Shown here: positions 9,645 to 20,326 of the stretch, piece by piece
Layout: each line of letters begins with the position of its first letter
How positions within the stretch are numbered: the stretch's first letter is position 1
Source: Escherichia phage vB-Eco-KMB37
Sequence record: OR525700
Length of the DNA stretch: 64,000 nt
Direction: 5' to 3' (one strand)
Made by a program: the position numbers and the translations under genes
Notes under the pieces: generated by a model
What the model saw: only the letters and a program-made list of their open reading frames with translations
Told to the model about the DNA's origin: nothing
Database searches by the model: none

Positions 9645-12520
9645 TGTCAAGAATTAAGCACAGAATTGACAATGTTTTTCAACTGATCGATGGACATATT
9701 CAGTTCTTAGATCGTAATACAGGTTTAACTGTAGATCCTACAGTGCAACACTATGTATTAAACCCACAAAACGTTCTAGCTAATAACAGACACTTTATAA
9801 ACTGGACTGCTCAAGAAGGGCAACCAAACGGGGATGCTACAACAGAAGGTCAATCCGTGCTTATTCTTGGTTGCGCTTATGCATACCTAGCTTCCGGCGA
9901 TACAAAGTATTTAGACTCTGCTAAAAAATATTGGCAAGCCTATATAGATTACTTCTTTGGTGGTCAACCGATCCCCGATCCGCCAGCAAAATATCGCCCT
10001 AACTGGATTATTAACGGTAAAGAACCACGTCTTGCGCACTATCCTCTTACAGATGATGGCTACCCTACACACGGAGGTTTTAAGGGTAGCTTAATGACGT
10101 GGACTAACGGTAGAACAGTTATTCCTCATGGTGCTCCACATTGGGGAGAATACCTTGACAAAGCATGGTTTGCTTTTAATGGTAATCTAGGATGGAACTC
10201 TGTAAACGCTACAGTATATGCTGTTAATGCAGATGGTACAACAGATTGGTCTAAGAAGGGAGATCAATGGGATGTTGATTGGATCATTGATCGTCTAGGA
10301 CGTAAAGTTGATTGGGATGGAAATATCTTAGAAGAAGGTTTTCCAACATCTCAATACGGAACAGTTCAACTAAAAAATACTTCTGTAAACGGTACATATA
10401 AATTTAACTACGCGACTTGTAATCCTGTTGAACACGGTGGTTATTTAATGGAGCGTAACACTATGTGGCATAACAGACCAGTTAACGTTCCGGTAGAAAT
10501 GGGCTTTCAGGATAATGCGTCAGATGCTGAAACTTGGTGGTGTGATGCTAATTACCTGATGTACCAAATTACAGGGGAAAGAAAATATTGGCTATGCTGG
10601 CAGTCTTCACTGTTAGTGTGTCAAGATTATTCAAACATTGATATGTTTGATAAATTCTTCCGTAAGTCTACATATGCAACTATTCCGTTTACAGATGGCA
10701 TCTCTTACGATTATTCGTATCCGTCTACAGCAATACCTAAATATTCAAGAGATACTTTAGGTTATATTGTTATTAGACAAGATGTTGCTGCTCAAACAAC
10801 ATTAGAACAGCAAGCCATTTGGTTTAAAGTTGATCAGAACTCTAAGTTACGAGTTCAGTTCCAAGGTGTAGATGACGTAGGACATGGTATCCTTTTCCGT
10901 CCAGAATTGGAGCTAAGTAAGACCAAAGATGAAAATAACACAGTAACTTACCGTTGTGGTTTACCACTAGGTACAGCTAATATGACAAGCATGGATATTC
11001 CACTATCCAGCTTTATGAGAAGTACCCCTCCTAGTGGTGGAACATATATTATCGCAGATCCGCGAATTATTGTTGACTGGGGTGACAATACTGTGATACA
11101 ATATAAGTATGTAACAGGTATTGCTGGAACTAATAATGACCAGATTGTTACTGCATCAATGGATACGGATGGTGGTGTTACTGTTGGTTTTTGGTTAACT
11201 CCTACATCAAAAGCTAATGTTAAGTCTATTACATATAGAACATATGAAGATGACTTTAACATGACTATCACGGATGCTCAAGGTTGGAGATGGTGGGCTA
11301 TGCTGCCTAAAACGCAAGGGGCATGGAGTACGAAGACTTTATCAGCCTCTGCTTTTAAGTTAAGTGCTTACCAGCCTAATCATCCAGAAACAGATCCTAA
11401 ACCTTCAGCAATAAATCTTACTGCTGTAGATCAGGTAAATTTAGTTCTTGATACGGCTCCTGTCAATGGTTTAACAGGAACAATAGATTTCTATTGTATT
11501 AACGATGTACCTGAAAGATATTCGTCATCTTCTGGTGATGATTATACCATGTACTTCCGTATTACTGTACAGGCTTCAAGTCCTCATACTGCTAAGTTAG
11601 GTGATTGTACTATTATTGACTATAAGTTAAATAGTCTTAATTACACACCAGGAATAATTCCATTCTCTAATATCAGTGACCCAAACACTGCATTATACGA
11701 TGGATGGCGTGGTATTCCATACCCAGGATACCAGTATCCTTCCTTATACTGTTTCGCAGGTAGGGATATTGATTGGACACGTTTAAACAACAGTATTGAT
11801 TTCTTGTATGATGCTCAAATGTGGTTTTATAACACGTTTGATCCTGTGATGCCTGGGCCTATGGCACAAGCATATGTGTGGGATCGTTGGGATGCAAGAA
11901 AATACGGTGAACCTAATACGTTTACAATGAAACACTGGAATGAAAAAGCGTGGGATGGTTATGAAGCTCGTGCATTCTACTGTGCTTGTCATGCTGTATA
12001 CGAACTTGTACAAAGAGGAGAAACACCTCCTGAAAAACTAGTAACTGTTTGTAAAAATTGGATCAACTACCTTAAATGGTTCCAAGACAATAATGATGGA
12101 AGAACACCAACTATCTTTAACCCAGATGGTACAGTTCTTGCACCTATTGATGACTTTACTAGTCATATGTCTGCACTGTTTATGGCTGGTTGTTCAATCA
12201 TGGGCTTGGCAGGTTATGATTCACAAATTCCAAACATTGGTATTGTAGCAGACAGATGTTTTGATCTGATTCAGCAAAACTATATTGTGCTTTCCCCTAA
12301 CCATCCGATGAATGGTTCCTGGAGTGTTGCACCACGCCCAGATTCAGATAACGGAATGTTCTTTGGTTTCCATGCTGGAGAACTATTACGTGGTTTTGGT
12401 TTATATGCCTTGTATCGTAAACTAAACCCTCAAAACGCTTTACCAATTTTGGATAATAGTAACATACCAACACTAACTGTTCTAACTATGAATGATATTA
12501 GTGTTGATGTAACCAAATAA
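9644..12520 (+). CDS. large tail/baseplate structural protein
   Basis: 958 aa ORF in the baseplate block, start overlapping the upstream stop (ATGA-type coupling); no catalytic motif recognised. Confidence 0.5.
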   Translation: MSRIKHRIDNVFQLIDGHIQFLDRNTGLTVDPTVQHYVLNPQNVLANNRHFINWTAQEGQPNGDATTEGQSVLILGCAYAYLASGDTKYLDSAKKYWQAYIDYFFGGQPIPDPPAKYRPNWIINGKEPRLAHYPLTDDGYPTHGGFKGSLMTWTNGRTVIPHGAPHWGEYLDKAWFAFNGNLGWNSVNATVYAVNADGTTDWSKKGDQWDVDWIIDRLGRKVDWDGNILEEGFPTSQYGTVQLKNTSVNGTYKFNYATCNPVEHGGYLMERNTMWHNRPVNVPVEMGFQDNASDAETWWCDANYLMYQITGERKYWLCWQSSLLVCQDYSNIDMFDKFFRKSTYATIPFTDGISYDYSYPSTAIPKYSRDTLGYIVIRQDVAAQTTLEQQAIWFKVDQNSKLRVQFQGVDDVGHGILFRPELELSKTKDENNTVTYRCGLPLGTANMTSMDIPLSSFMRSTPPSGGTYIIADPRIIVDWGDNTVIQYKYVTGIAGTNNDQIVTASMDTDGGVTVGFWLTPTSKANVKSITYRTYEDDFNMTITDAQGWRWWAMLPKTQGAWSTKTLSASAFKLSAYQPNHPETDPKPSAINLTAVDQVNLVLDTAPVNGLTGTIDFYCINDVPERYSSSSGDDYTMYFRITVQASSPHTAKLGDCTIIDYKLNSLNYTPGIIPFSNISDPNTALYDGWRGIPYPGYQYPSLYCFAGRDIDWTRLNNSIDFLYDAQMWFYNTFDPVMPGPMAQAYVWDRWDARKYGEPNTFTMKHWNEKAWDGYEARAFYCACHAVYELVQRGETPPEKLVTVCKNWINYLKWFQDNNDGRTPTIFNPDGTVLAPIDDFTSHMSALFMAGCSIMGLAGYDSQIPNIGIVADRCFDLIQQNYIVLSPNHPMNGSWSVAPRPDSDNGMFFGFHAGELLRGFGLYALYRKLNPQNALPILDNSNIPTLTVLTMNDISVDVTK

Positions 12521-12528
12521 GGAAAATA

Positions 12529-14688
12529 ATGAAACAGGCTATTTTTACTGTAACTCGAAATACGAGAGTAAATGCCAGTTCATTCAGCTATAAGACCGTC
12601 GATGGAACGGCGGTCGCTGGTAGAGATTATGTAGCTAAACAGGGAACAGTAACGTTCCCTTCTGATGCAGATTCTGCTACTGTAGTGGTTGATGTATATG
12701 AACGTCCGGCAAACTCTTTAGATCTTTATTTTACTCTTGAGATTACTAGCATAAGTCAAAATAACATGATGATCAATGAAGAAATTCGTTGTGTTATTAC
12801 GACTAATCAATCGAATACGACCCCGCTAACTTGGCCTGTTGTGAAGTCTAGAATGTTTGATCCTAAGTTTTGGACAATAGATTCTCAAGCAACAGAAAGT
12901 TGTTCTATTATCTCTAATGGTGATTCTTTCACAGCAAGAATGGTTAATAGGACAGTGGCTGGTCTTGCTGGGATTATTTGGTCAACTTACGATAAATATG
13001 ATCACAAAGGATTAGGCTACCAAGAACATTCTGACTTAAGTAAAGAGAAACTTTGGTTTAAAATGGAACTTAGTCAAGGTGTTCCTGGATTAAAAGAAGA
13101 AAAATTAATACCATCCTTAACAGTGACACTGAAGGATGAAACAGTTCATTATGTATCTCTAAACTTTTATGCAGAAGAAGTTTCAGAGGATGGTAAAACA
13201 GCAACAATCAAACTAGATTTCTCAAATTTAAAATCTGGGCCAGAAAATGATATTGTTGTTGACACTACACAGATAGATAATATGTTCTTCTCCTTGATCT
13301 CAACGAGGTATCAAGAAATTGAAGATATTATTCCTGTAGACAATGAGGATCTTTCCTTTAAGTTTACCATACTGGAGCCTGATACTGGTTACAGTATGAT
13401 GAATATGGGTAATTTAAATGTTCCAGCACACACCATAAGAATGTGTACATCTTATGATGATATGTATAACCTGACCCCAGAGCGAGTTATTTCTAACACC
13501 TACAGATTAGGTTATAGGGATATGATTAACCACTATAATGGTATGTCACACTATTATCAGTTTAGTTGGGATGCTGGTTCTAATAAATGGGCTTTGAATA
13601 GAACAGAATATTTAAACCCAGCAACAGAAGCATGGTTTGATAATTTCCACGCTAATGCAAAAGCTATGGGCTACACAGTAATGAATTCCTTAAGTTTTGA
13701 ACTTATGAGTACAGTGTGTCCTGTAGAATGGGTACAACATACTTGGAATGATAATCTTGCTGCTACAGGTTATGAGCCACCAAGTTATGTTTTATCTCCT
13801 TCAATTGATGAAGGGATGGATTATTTACAAGGTGTAATAAATAAGATAGCTTCTATATCCGCTGCTAATGATCTTCCGGTTATTATTCAGGTTGGTGAAC
13901 CGTGGTGGTGGTATAACACAGCTACCAATCTACCGTGTATTTATGATTATACAACCAAAGTTGCATTTAATAATGAAACTGGATTGTATGCACAAGATGT
14001 TGGTACAGTTAAAAATTATAAAACTGGTACACCATATGATGAATATTATGCATTCCTATCTAAAACATTAGGACTGCGTGTTGCTAAATTTGCAACAGAT
14101 ACCAGATTAGCATATCCTGGAGCTAAAGTTACATTGTTACCATTTGTGCCATCCATTTTGGGTAATGGTATGATGGAGTTTGTTAACTTCCCTAAAGATT
14201 ATTATATCCCAGAAAACTTTGACTTTTATTGTTCAGAATGTTATGACTGGTTGTTGGAAGGTAAGATGGAAAGATCTTTCGACGCTATCACAATACCCAA
14301 TGAGCAACTAGGTTTTAGTTATGATAAGATACATTATCTTGCAGGGTTTGTTCCAGATGCAACTCTAGCACCATTATATGGCTTTGATCCTGAATCAGAC
14401 TACAGAACATACTTGTGGAAAATGATTATAGGTAATATTGTATTGAATGATCAGAAGTTTGTTGGTTTATATCAATACATATGGGCTTACCCACAAATAA
14501 TGCATGATTCAATAACTGTTCTTAATTCAAAATCCCAAGTGTTTTATATGGGTAATGTGCCTTTGAATTGCTACTTGCAAGATATCACTCTTAAACAGGT
14601 AAATGTTGAGATTGCCACTATAAGTGGAATTACATTAGCCACCAAATCTGGAGAAGATTTAGTAACAACACAAAAATTTTATATATAG
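12529..14688 (+). CDS. structural protein (baseplate or fibre associated)
   Basis: 719 aa ORF; RBS AAGGAAAA upstream; no motif recognised. Confidence 0.45.
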   Translation: MKQAIFTVTRNTRVNASSFSYKTVDGTAVAGRDYVAKQGTVTFPSDADSATVVVDVYERPANSLDLYFTLEITSISQNNMMINEEIRCVITTNQSNTTPLTWPVVKSRMFDPKFWTIDSQATESCSIISNGDSFTARMVNRTVAGLAGIIWSTYDKYDHKGLGYQEHSDLSKEKLWFKMELSQGVPGLKEEKLIPSLTVTLKDETVHYVSLNFYAEEVSEDGKTATIKLDFSNLKSGPENDIVVDTTQIDNMFFSLISTRYQEIEDIIPVDNEDLSFKFTILEPDTGYSMMNMGNLNVPAHTIRMCTSYDDMYNLTPERVISNTYRLGYRDMINHYNGMSHYYQFSWDAGSNKWALNRTEYLNPATEAWFDNFHANAKAMGYTVMNSLSFELMSTVCPVEWVQHTWNDNLAATGYEPPSYVLSPSIDEGMDYLQGVINKIASISAANDLPVIIQVGEPWWWYNTATNLPCIYDYTTKVAFNNETGLYAQDVGTVKNYKTGTPYDEYYAFLSKTLGLRVAKFATDTRLAYPGAKVTLLPFVPSILGNGMMEFVNFPKDYYIPENFDFYCSECYDWLLEGKMERSFDAITIPNEQLGFSYDKIHYLAGFVPDATLAPLYGFDPESDYRTYLWKMIIGNIVLNDQKFVGLYQYIWAYPQIMHDSITVLNSKSQVFYMGNVPLNCYLQDITLKQVNVEIATISGITLATKSGEDLVTTQKFYI

Positions 14689-14696
14689 GAGTAAAA

Positions 14697-15548
14697 ATGT
14701 CAACTACAATTACTAATTTACCCGAAACATCAAAAGTTAATGGTTCTGATTACCTGGTTTTAGACCAATCTGATAAGACTGTTAAAAGCACAGTTTCCAA
14801 CTTTCTTACTGACACTGGGGTGGTTTTAGCCACCCAGTTGAAAGATACAGATGGGGCATCTTTCATCAATACTTCTGACGGTGACTCTGTGCAGGTACAC
14901 CTAGATGCTATTGAGTCTGCTGCCCAAGTAACCACAAATTTGATTAAAGAAACCAATTCTGTAATTCCACCAGACTATAGTCGCCAACTTATTATTGGTG
15001 TTACTGATCGTGCGGGTGAAGCCAGTGCACAAATTCGTGCCGATGCTGGTAAAGGCGAAACTAATCCTATCCCCCAATGTATAGCAACTGACCCGGTAAC
15101 AGGAGAATTCTTTATTACTCGTGGATGGGATGCAATATCTCCTGTGTACGTTCATATTTATGACCGTAATTTTAACTTCCTTAAGGTTGTACGAGCTGGA
15201 GGTGGTTGGGGTGAGGGTATAGTTATCGGCTATGTTAATGGTGAACGTCGTATTGCAGTTAGTCGTGCATCTGCTGGGTATGCTGTTTATTCTTTACCGG
15301 CTACTGAAGACATTACTGGTTTAAATAGTGCAACTCTATTGTTTGAGCAGACTAGTGCTAACCAAGAGGCACAGCTTTCCAGTTATGGTAACTATGTAAC
15401 AATTCGCTGTTCTCATCTTGGTGATGACCGGTATATACGCCGCAGTCTGTATAGTGTGTATGACTTACAAGAATTTCTTACTACACCAGACCCAGTAAGA
15501 AAGAGTTTTATTCATTTCCCGTCTGACCAGATGAGTGGGGGGTATTGA
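14697..15548 (+). CDS. tail fibre protein, N-terminal portion (likely fragment of a split gene)
   Basis: 283 aa; N-terminal anchor-like module (ITNLPETSKVNGSDYLVLDQSDKTVKSTVSNFL); ends inside a G6 tract where the next ORF begins in the +1 frame. Confidence 0.55.
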   Translation: MSTTITNLPETSKVNGSDYLVLDQSDKTVKSTVSNFLTDTGVVLATQLKDTDGASFINTSDGDSVQVHLDAIESAAQVTTNLIKETNSVIPPDYSRQLIIGVTDRAGEASAQIRADAGKGETNPIPQCIATDPVTGEFFITRGWDAISPVYVHIYDRNFNFLKVVRAGGGWGEGIVIGYVNGERRIAVSRASAGYAVYSLPATEDITGLNSATLLFEQTSANQEAQLSSYGNYVTIRCSHLGDDRYIRRSLYSVYDLQEFLTTPDPVRKSFIHFPSDQMSGGY

Positions 15549-16761
15549 TACTAACTTCTTGGTTACTAAGTGTCAGGCAACTTGCCTTAGCCCTCGTGGG
15601 ATGGCTGGTCACAACGGTCAGACTTGGCACACTGTCAATGCTAACAGAGAGCTTCCGGGTTATCGCTTGCGATTCATTGAGGTATCTCATGGTGGTGATG
15701 TAATCACTAACCAAGTGCTGCATCCTAAATATGTGCTCGCTGAATATGCAAACAAAGGTTGGACACGTCCACTTGGTCAACCTTTAGATAATACGGAACC
15801 AGAAGGTATCTGCTACTCAAATGAGTATGGGTATGTCTGGCTTACAGTAATTTCTGAGCGAGTGTTTATTACCGCTCAGTATAATCCTGTACTGGCTGCC
15901 GAGTTGGATACTAATCGTGATTTAGACTTACGTGTGGCAGCTTTGCCACAGAGTAACAACCCAGGTAGTGCAAGATCTGTGTCAGCTAATGCCCCGATAG
16001 ATGATACTTCTGGTACTGCGTTGACTACCCCAGATGAAATTGTGGATATGATGCGTGCACGCCACTTACGTTACTACTCATGCTCACTCCGTAATGGATT
16101 AACTTTTGGTGATGTTTCTTTTACTGGAGACTACAATATGGCTGAGTTTGTATTGGTGGATGGAAACCAGTGTGCTGTCACTATCACCATTGAACGTAGT
16201 AATGTTCACCAGTTCTTCGCCTCTGGTGATACCCCAAGAAGATGGATGTATAGTGCAGTGCAGTATGGAGGTACTACATCTGATCAGGTAACAGGGGGTA
16301 GGACTTCTATGATCCAAATCGCACCAAATAACTTTGGGCAGATCAGGGTAGTTACCGCTGGCACTGGCAATCATACCCCGATGCAGTTTATAAGTAACCA
16401 GACAGCAGCAGTGGGGTCAATCACTATGACCAGCACTGCTACTGCATTCAACACTACATCGGATGAACGTCTTAAAGTGCTGCATGGCAATGTTCCAGAT
16501 GCTTTATCTATTATTGAATCTATGATTAATGACGGTGCAGTCCAGATGGCGGCATTTAAAGCTGATCCAGATAAAATATACCCTATGCTGATTGCCCAAC
16601 GCGTAGCTAAGTCTTGTGACTTTGCTGTAACTAAAGGTGATGGTGAGTATGGTGAAGAAGGATTCATCCCTGATATGGTAGATTACAGTAAACTTGTTCC
16701 ACTTTTGTTTGCTGCCATTATGCAGTTAAAAGCAAAGTTAGATGAGTGTGAAAGTAAGTAA
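15535..16761 (+). CDS. tail fibre protein, C-terminal portion with intramolecular chaperone (peptidase S74-like) domain
   Basis: 408 aa; C-terminal segment SDERLKVLHGNVPDALSIIESM...LVPLLFAAIMQLKAKLDE resembles the auto-cleaving C-terminal chaperone domain of tail fibres and endosialidases; GTG start inside the G tract. Confidence 0.6.
   Translation: MGGIDTNFLVTKCQATCLSPRGMAGHNGQTWHTVNANRELPGYRLRFIEVSHGGDVITNQVLHPKYVLAEYANKGWTRPLGQPLDNTEPEGICYSNEYGYVWLTVISERVFITAQYNPVLAAELDTNRDLDLRVAALPQSNNPGSARSVSANAPIDDTSGTALTTPDEIVDMMRARHLRYYSCSLRNGLTFGDVSFTGDYNMAEFVLVDGNQCAVTITIERSNVHQFFASGDTPRRWMYSAVQYGGTTSDQVTGGRTSMIQIAPNNFGQIRVVTAGTGNHTPMQFISNQTAAVGSITMTSTATAFNTTSDERLKVLHGNVPDALSIIESMINDGAVQMAAFKADPDKIYPMLIAQRVAKSCDFAVTKGDGEYGEEGFIPDMVDYSKLVPLLFAAIMQLKAKLDECESK
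15537..15542 (+). repeat. G6 homopolymer tract at the junction of two tail fibre ORFs
   Basis: GTGGGGGGT at 15535-15543; ORF 14697-15548 and ORF 15535-16761 are offset by +1; removing one G fuses them into one open frame of about 690 codons. Confidence 0.8.
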
Positions 16762-16768
16762 TAGTAAT

Positions 16769-16790
16769 CCCCTCTTCGGAGGGGTTCTTA
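16769..16790 (+). terminator. intrinsic terminator (UUCG tetraloop)
   Basis: CCCCTC-TTCG-GAGGGG followed by TTCTTAG. Confidence 0.6.
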
Positions 16791-16809
16791 GAAAAACAAA
16801 GAGGTACTT

Positions 16810-16959
16810 ATGAACGAGATGTTCTCACAAGGCGGTATTGCCCCAGGTACTACTGCCATTAGTCTTAGTGCTGCTGTACTTGTGCATTCAGCGGGTTCTG
16901 TAGACCTTGGGGAATTAGCTGTATCTTGTGATTTAAAAAGTAATGAGAACGCACCATGA
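16810..16959 (+). CDS. small hypothetical protein (49 aa)
   Basis: ATG preceded by AAAGAGG RBS; stop overlaps the ATG of the next gene (ATGA); not in the supplied ORF track because under 60 aa. Confidence 0.4.
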   Translation: MNEMFSQGGIAPGTTAISLSAAVLVHSAGSVDLGELAVSCDLKSNENAP

Positions 16960-17201
16960 GAAAATTTTTAATAGGTATGTTTTGTACATATCCTGATAAT
17001 AAAGTCAGTTCTACTAAAGTTTGGAATGCTATTGGTATGATTGTTATGTCCAGTATGTTTATTTATTTGGGAATTGATAAAGAAATTCCTGAATGGATGG
17101 GCTGGGCTTTTGTTTTTATGATCACACCATCCAGACTAATGAAGAATTTAATAGATTTACGTTGGGGCAGATCACCTGCCCCTGATAAGGAGGATAACTA
17201 A
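16956..17201 (+). CDS. small membrane protein
   Basis: 81 aa with two hydrophobic segments; translationally coupled to neighbours. Confidence 0.45.
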   Translation: MRKFLIGMFCTYPDNKVSSTKVWNAIGMIVMSSMFIYLGIDKEIPEWMGWAFVFMITPSRLMKNLIDLRWGRSPAPDKEDN

Positions 17202-18688
17202 TGGCAGATTATGGTTTAACAGATGCTGGTTTTGTAATTCCAACGTTTGATGATATTTTAAATAATTATATGACAGCATTGAAAAACACTTTCGGTGCAG
17301 ATACAGCTACATCTGAAGATACTGTCTTTGGTCAACTGTTTCGTATTATTGCATATACAGATTACACCCTTTGGGAAGGTATGCAAGGTGTTTACAATAC
17401 CCAAACCTTAGATGGTGCAGAAGGTATTTACCTTGATGAAATCTTCTCTAAAAGAGGTTTTTATCGTAAAGCTGCTTCTGCTGGTAGTGGTTATGCTTAT
17501 GTTAAATCTAACAATAAGGCAGCTTGGACTTATGAACTAAGCACAGATGTTTATTTTAATGCCGATAACGATTTGACATATTATGTCAGTGCACCAACAA
17601 TGTTGAATGCTAAGATTGGAGCATATACCATTTCTAAAGCAAACGCAACAGCTTCTGGTGAAACTTCTATTACTTTCTACATTCAAAGTGCTATTGATGG
17701 TGGTCTTAACAGTAAAACACTAAGTCCTAGCAATACAAACTTTATTTTAGATCTCACGAATTTCATTAAAGCTAACGTATCAACAACAGATCGTGCTTTA
17801 GTATGGAATGATGCTAGTAATGTTTATATGGGTTATAATCCAGAAGATAATGTTAACCCAATAGGTCTAGTAACACCAGTGAAATTTTACGCATCTATTG
17901 CAATTGGTACAAAATGGAGTGAAATTCCAGTTACGTGTTCAGACGTTGGTTATAATCCAGTAGGTACAGAAAGTATTACAGGTATTTCTTCAACGTTTAC
18001 AGGTTTTTTAGATACAGGTAACTTCTATCCATTCTCTCCAGGTACGGATGTTGAAACAGATGCAGAATTCCGCTCTCGTTTCAATGATAATATGGATGAA
18101 GCTAATGCTGCTACTCGTGCTGCTATTGTTAAAGCCCTGCTACTGACAGATGGTGTGACAAAGGTTAAGATTTATGATAACCCTACATTACATGATCAGG
18201 AACATGCTCCAGCTATGACATTCCAGACTATTGTGTATGGTGGTACAGCAGAAGAAGTTGCACAGGTTATTTATAATACTAAGCCTATTAACACCCTAAC
18301 CTATGGTACAACAGCAATTACTATCGTAACAGAAGATGGTGGTCAAGAAGTAATTCGTTTTTCTCCTGGTGACAATGCTGAATATTCACTTAAACTAGTA
18401 TATCAAACTGGCAATGGTAGTGTGTTAAGTACAACAGAAAGAGAAAATATTGTTTCTGCTCTTTCAAATCTACAGGCTTATTTTGAGTTAGGGTCAACAG
18501 TAACTAACGATCAGATAAAAGGTGTAATTTATTCTGCACTTGCGTTCGGACGCTTGACTTCTCTCCGTGTTTATGTTAAACTTAATACTGAGGATGACAG
18601 TAAATATAATGAGGGAGATATCACTCCAGCGTACAATGTTGTACCATCCTTTGACCTTGATAATATTTCCTACGAGTACGGAGTCTAA
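17201..18688 (+). CDS. baseplate J-like protein
   Basis: 495 aa; N-terminal region (GLTDAGFVIPTFDDILNNYMTALKNTFGADT...FGQLFRIIAYTDYTLWEG) typical of baseplate J/gp6-like proteins; followed by gpI-like and fibre genes. Confidence 0.55.
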   Translation: MADYGLTDAGFVIPTFDDILNNYMTALKNTFGADTATSEDTVFGQLFRIIAYTDYTLWEGMQGVYNTQTLDGAEGIYLDEIFSKRGFYRKAASAGSGYAYVKSNNKAAWTYELSTDVYFNADNDLTYYVSAPTMLNAKIGAYTISKANATASGETSITFYIQSAIDGGLNSKTLSPSNTNFILDLTNFIKANVSTTDRALVWNDASNVYMGYNPEDNVNPIGLVTPVKFYASIAIGTKWSEIPVTCSDVGYNPVGTESITGISSTFTGFLDTGNFYPFSPGTDVETDAEFRSRFNDNMDEANAATRAAIVKALLLTDGVTKVKIYDNPTLHDQEHAPAMTFQTIVYGGTAEEVAQVIYNTKPINTLTYGTTAITIVTEDGGQEVIRFSPGDNAEYSLKLVYQTGNGSVLSTTERENIVSALSNLQAYFELGSTVTNDQIKGVIYSALAFGRLTSLRVYVKLNTEDDSKYNEGDITPAYNVVPSFDLDNISYEYGV

Positions 18689-18690
18689 AA

Positions 18691-19320
18691 ATGGCAGTGA
18701 GTGTTGACCATGTGACAACGTGGGATAGTATCAATGAAGATGTTAAAGACCTACTGATTGAAGATTTTAAATCTTCTCCGAACATTGTCAAACTACTCTA
18801 CATCATTTCTAGCGAAAAACAAAAGATAGATCAGGCAATGATCTATCTTGCCAAACACCGCTTAATCTCTACTGCAACTGGTAAGTATTTAGATCTTATT
18901 GGTGAAGAGATGGGAATGGAAAGAAATGGTGCTACAGATGAAGAGTATCGTACAATATTAAAAATCAGGGCTTATCGTGTTGCGTCTTCTGGTACGCGAG
19001 ATGATATCATTGATATGTTCGCTCGTTTTACAGGAACAGAAAAAGAAACGATCAATACATACGTTGGATTAAATAAAACATTCGACGTATTCTTTTATAA
19101 TTTGTGTCTACAATCCGATCAGGCAGTAGCACAGTTACTTAACGTTTTCCCGATCCTAAGTAGTTATCGCTTAGGTGCGAAAGCGGGTGCAGCCTTTGGT
19201 TTCACTTCCTATTATGCCACAACTCCACCTCATGGTATAGGTGGTTTAGGTTCTCTTTACACAGAGGCTGAAGGAGATGATACAGGGCGAATGACTATGC
19301 TGATAGCTCAAATAGAATAA
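18691..19320 (+). CDS. baseplate/tail protein (gpI-like position)
   Basis: 209 aa ORF immediately after baseplate J-like gene; assignment by synteny. Confidence 0.4.
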   Translation: MAVSVDHVTTWDSINEDVKDLLIEDFKSSPNIVKLLYIISSEKQKIDQAMIYLAKHRLISTATGKYLDLIGEEMGMERNGATDEEYRTILKIRAYRVASSGTRDDIIDMFARFTGTEKETINTYVGLNKTFDVFFYNLCLQSDQAVAQLLNVFPILSSYRLGAKAGAAFGFTSYYATTPPHGIGGLGSLYTEAEGDDTGRMTMLIAQIE

Positions 19321-19333
19321 GGAGTTACTCTTA

Positions 19334-20314
19334 ATGGCAAAGCCACAATACTACCCTGACTGGGCGACACAAACAGTAACCCTCCCAGGAACGGGAAACA
19401 CAAACAAGATTAGACCAAAAGAAACCATCCGTAATGTTGGTATGGATTTTGGTCAGATTATGACTTGTGAAGAAATGAACTGGATCTTAAACAATATTGG
19501 GTCTTGGATTCGCTATATGCAAGATGAATTCTTCCCAACATTGCCTACCACATATCTTCCTATAGTCGGTACTAAAATTACAATGGCAGGTGATGCTACA
19601 GGTGAAGTTACATGGAATGGTAATGCTGCTGTAACACTATCTATTCAAGTAGTAGATAACAGCCATAATCACTTATCAGCTAACATTACAGACGCAACAT
19701 CGAACCAAGTTGTAGGAAATGTCCTTGTTAAGCGTGATAATGGTGGTGCTATCTATGCAGGTGATATTTACACTTGTGGTACAGGTGCTACAGATCCTGC
19801 AACATTATTTTTTAGAAACTATAATGGACAAACAGTAGGCAATATGTCTTCTGAACCAGGTGCAGGTGGTCAACTCTATATTTATAGAATAAATCCATCT
19901 ACTGGAGGAACATCTTGTGGAGTCCGTTTGTATGATGCAGGTTATGTTTTAATAGACAATCCTCGTTCTAATTCTGGTCAAGATACTGGCAATGGTAATG
20001 CTCTTGTAAGATTAGATTATCTTAACTCAAGACTAAACTCATTGCAAAGTACACTGCAAAATAATATTAACAACGTTAATAGCAACTTGCAAGGCCAAAT
20101 TAATAACATTAACAATAGAGTTTCTTCTGTTGTGTCTTCTATCCGTCTAGGTACACGTATTAAAGCTGGTGTATCTGAATCTCCTTTCTATGCTGGTCAC
20201 GTGATCACAGGTTGGGGTTTTGGTGATAAGAAAGAACTTCGTGGTGCTTGGTATTGGTCTGCTCCGCTACAATATTACATTAATGGTAGGTGGATAACAG
20301 TAACCAACGTTTAG
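19334..20314 (+). CDS. tail fibre protein
   Basis: 326 aa; N/Q/S-rich heptad-like coiled-coil stretch (LNSRLNSLQSTLQNNINNVNSNLQGQINNINNRVSS); followed by a tail-fibre-assembly-like gene. Confidence 0.5.
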   Translation: MAKPQYYPDWATQTVTLPGTGNTNKIRPKETIRNVGMDFGQIMTCEEMNWILNNIGSWIRYMQDEFFPTLPTTYLPIVGTKITMAGDATGEVTWNGNAAVTLSIQVVDNSHNHLSANITDATSNQVVGNVLVKRDNGGAIYAGDIYTCGTGATDPATLFFRNYNGQTVGNMSSEPGAGGQLYIYRINPSTGGTSCGVRLYDAGYVLIDNPRSNSGQDTGNGNALVRLDYLNSRLNSLQSTLQNNINNVNSNLQGQINNINNRVSSVVSSIRLGTRIKAGVSESPFYAGHVITGWGFGDKKELRGAWYWSAPLQYYINGRWITVTNV

Positions 20315-20326
20315 TAAGGAGAACAC

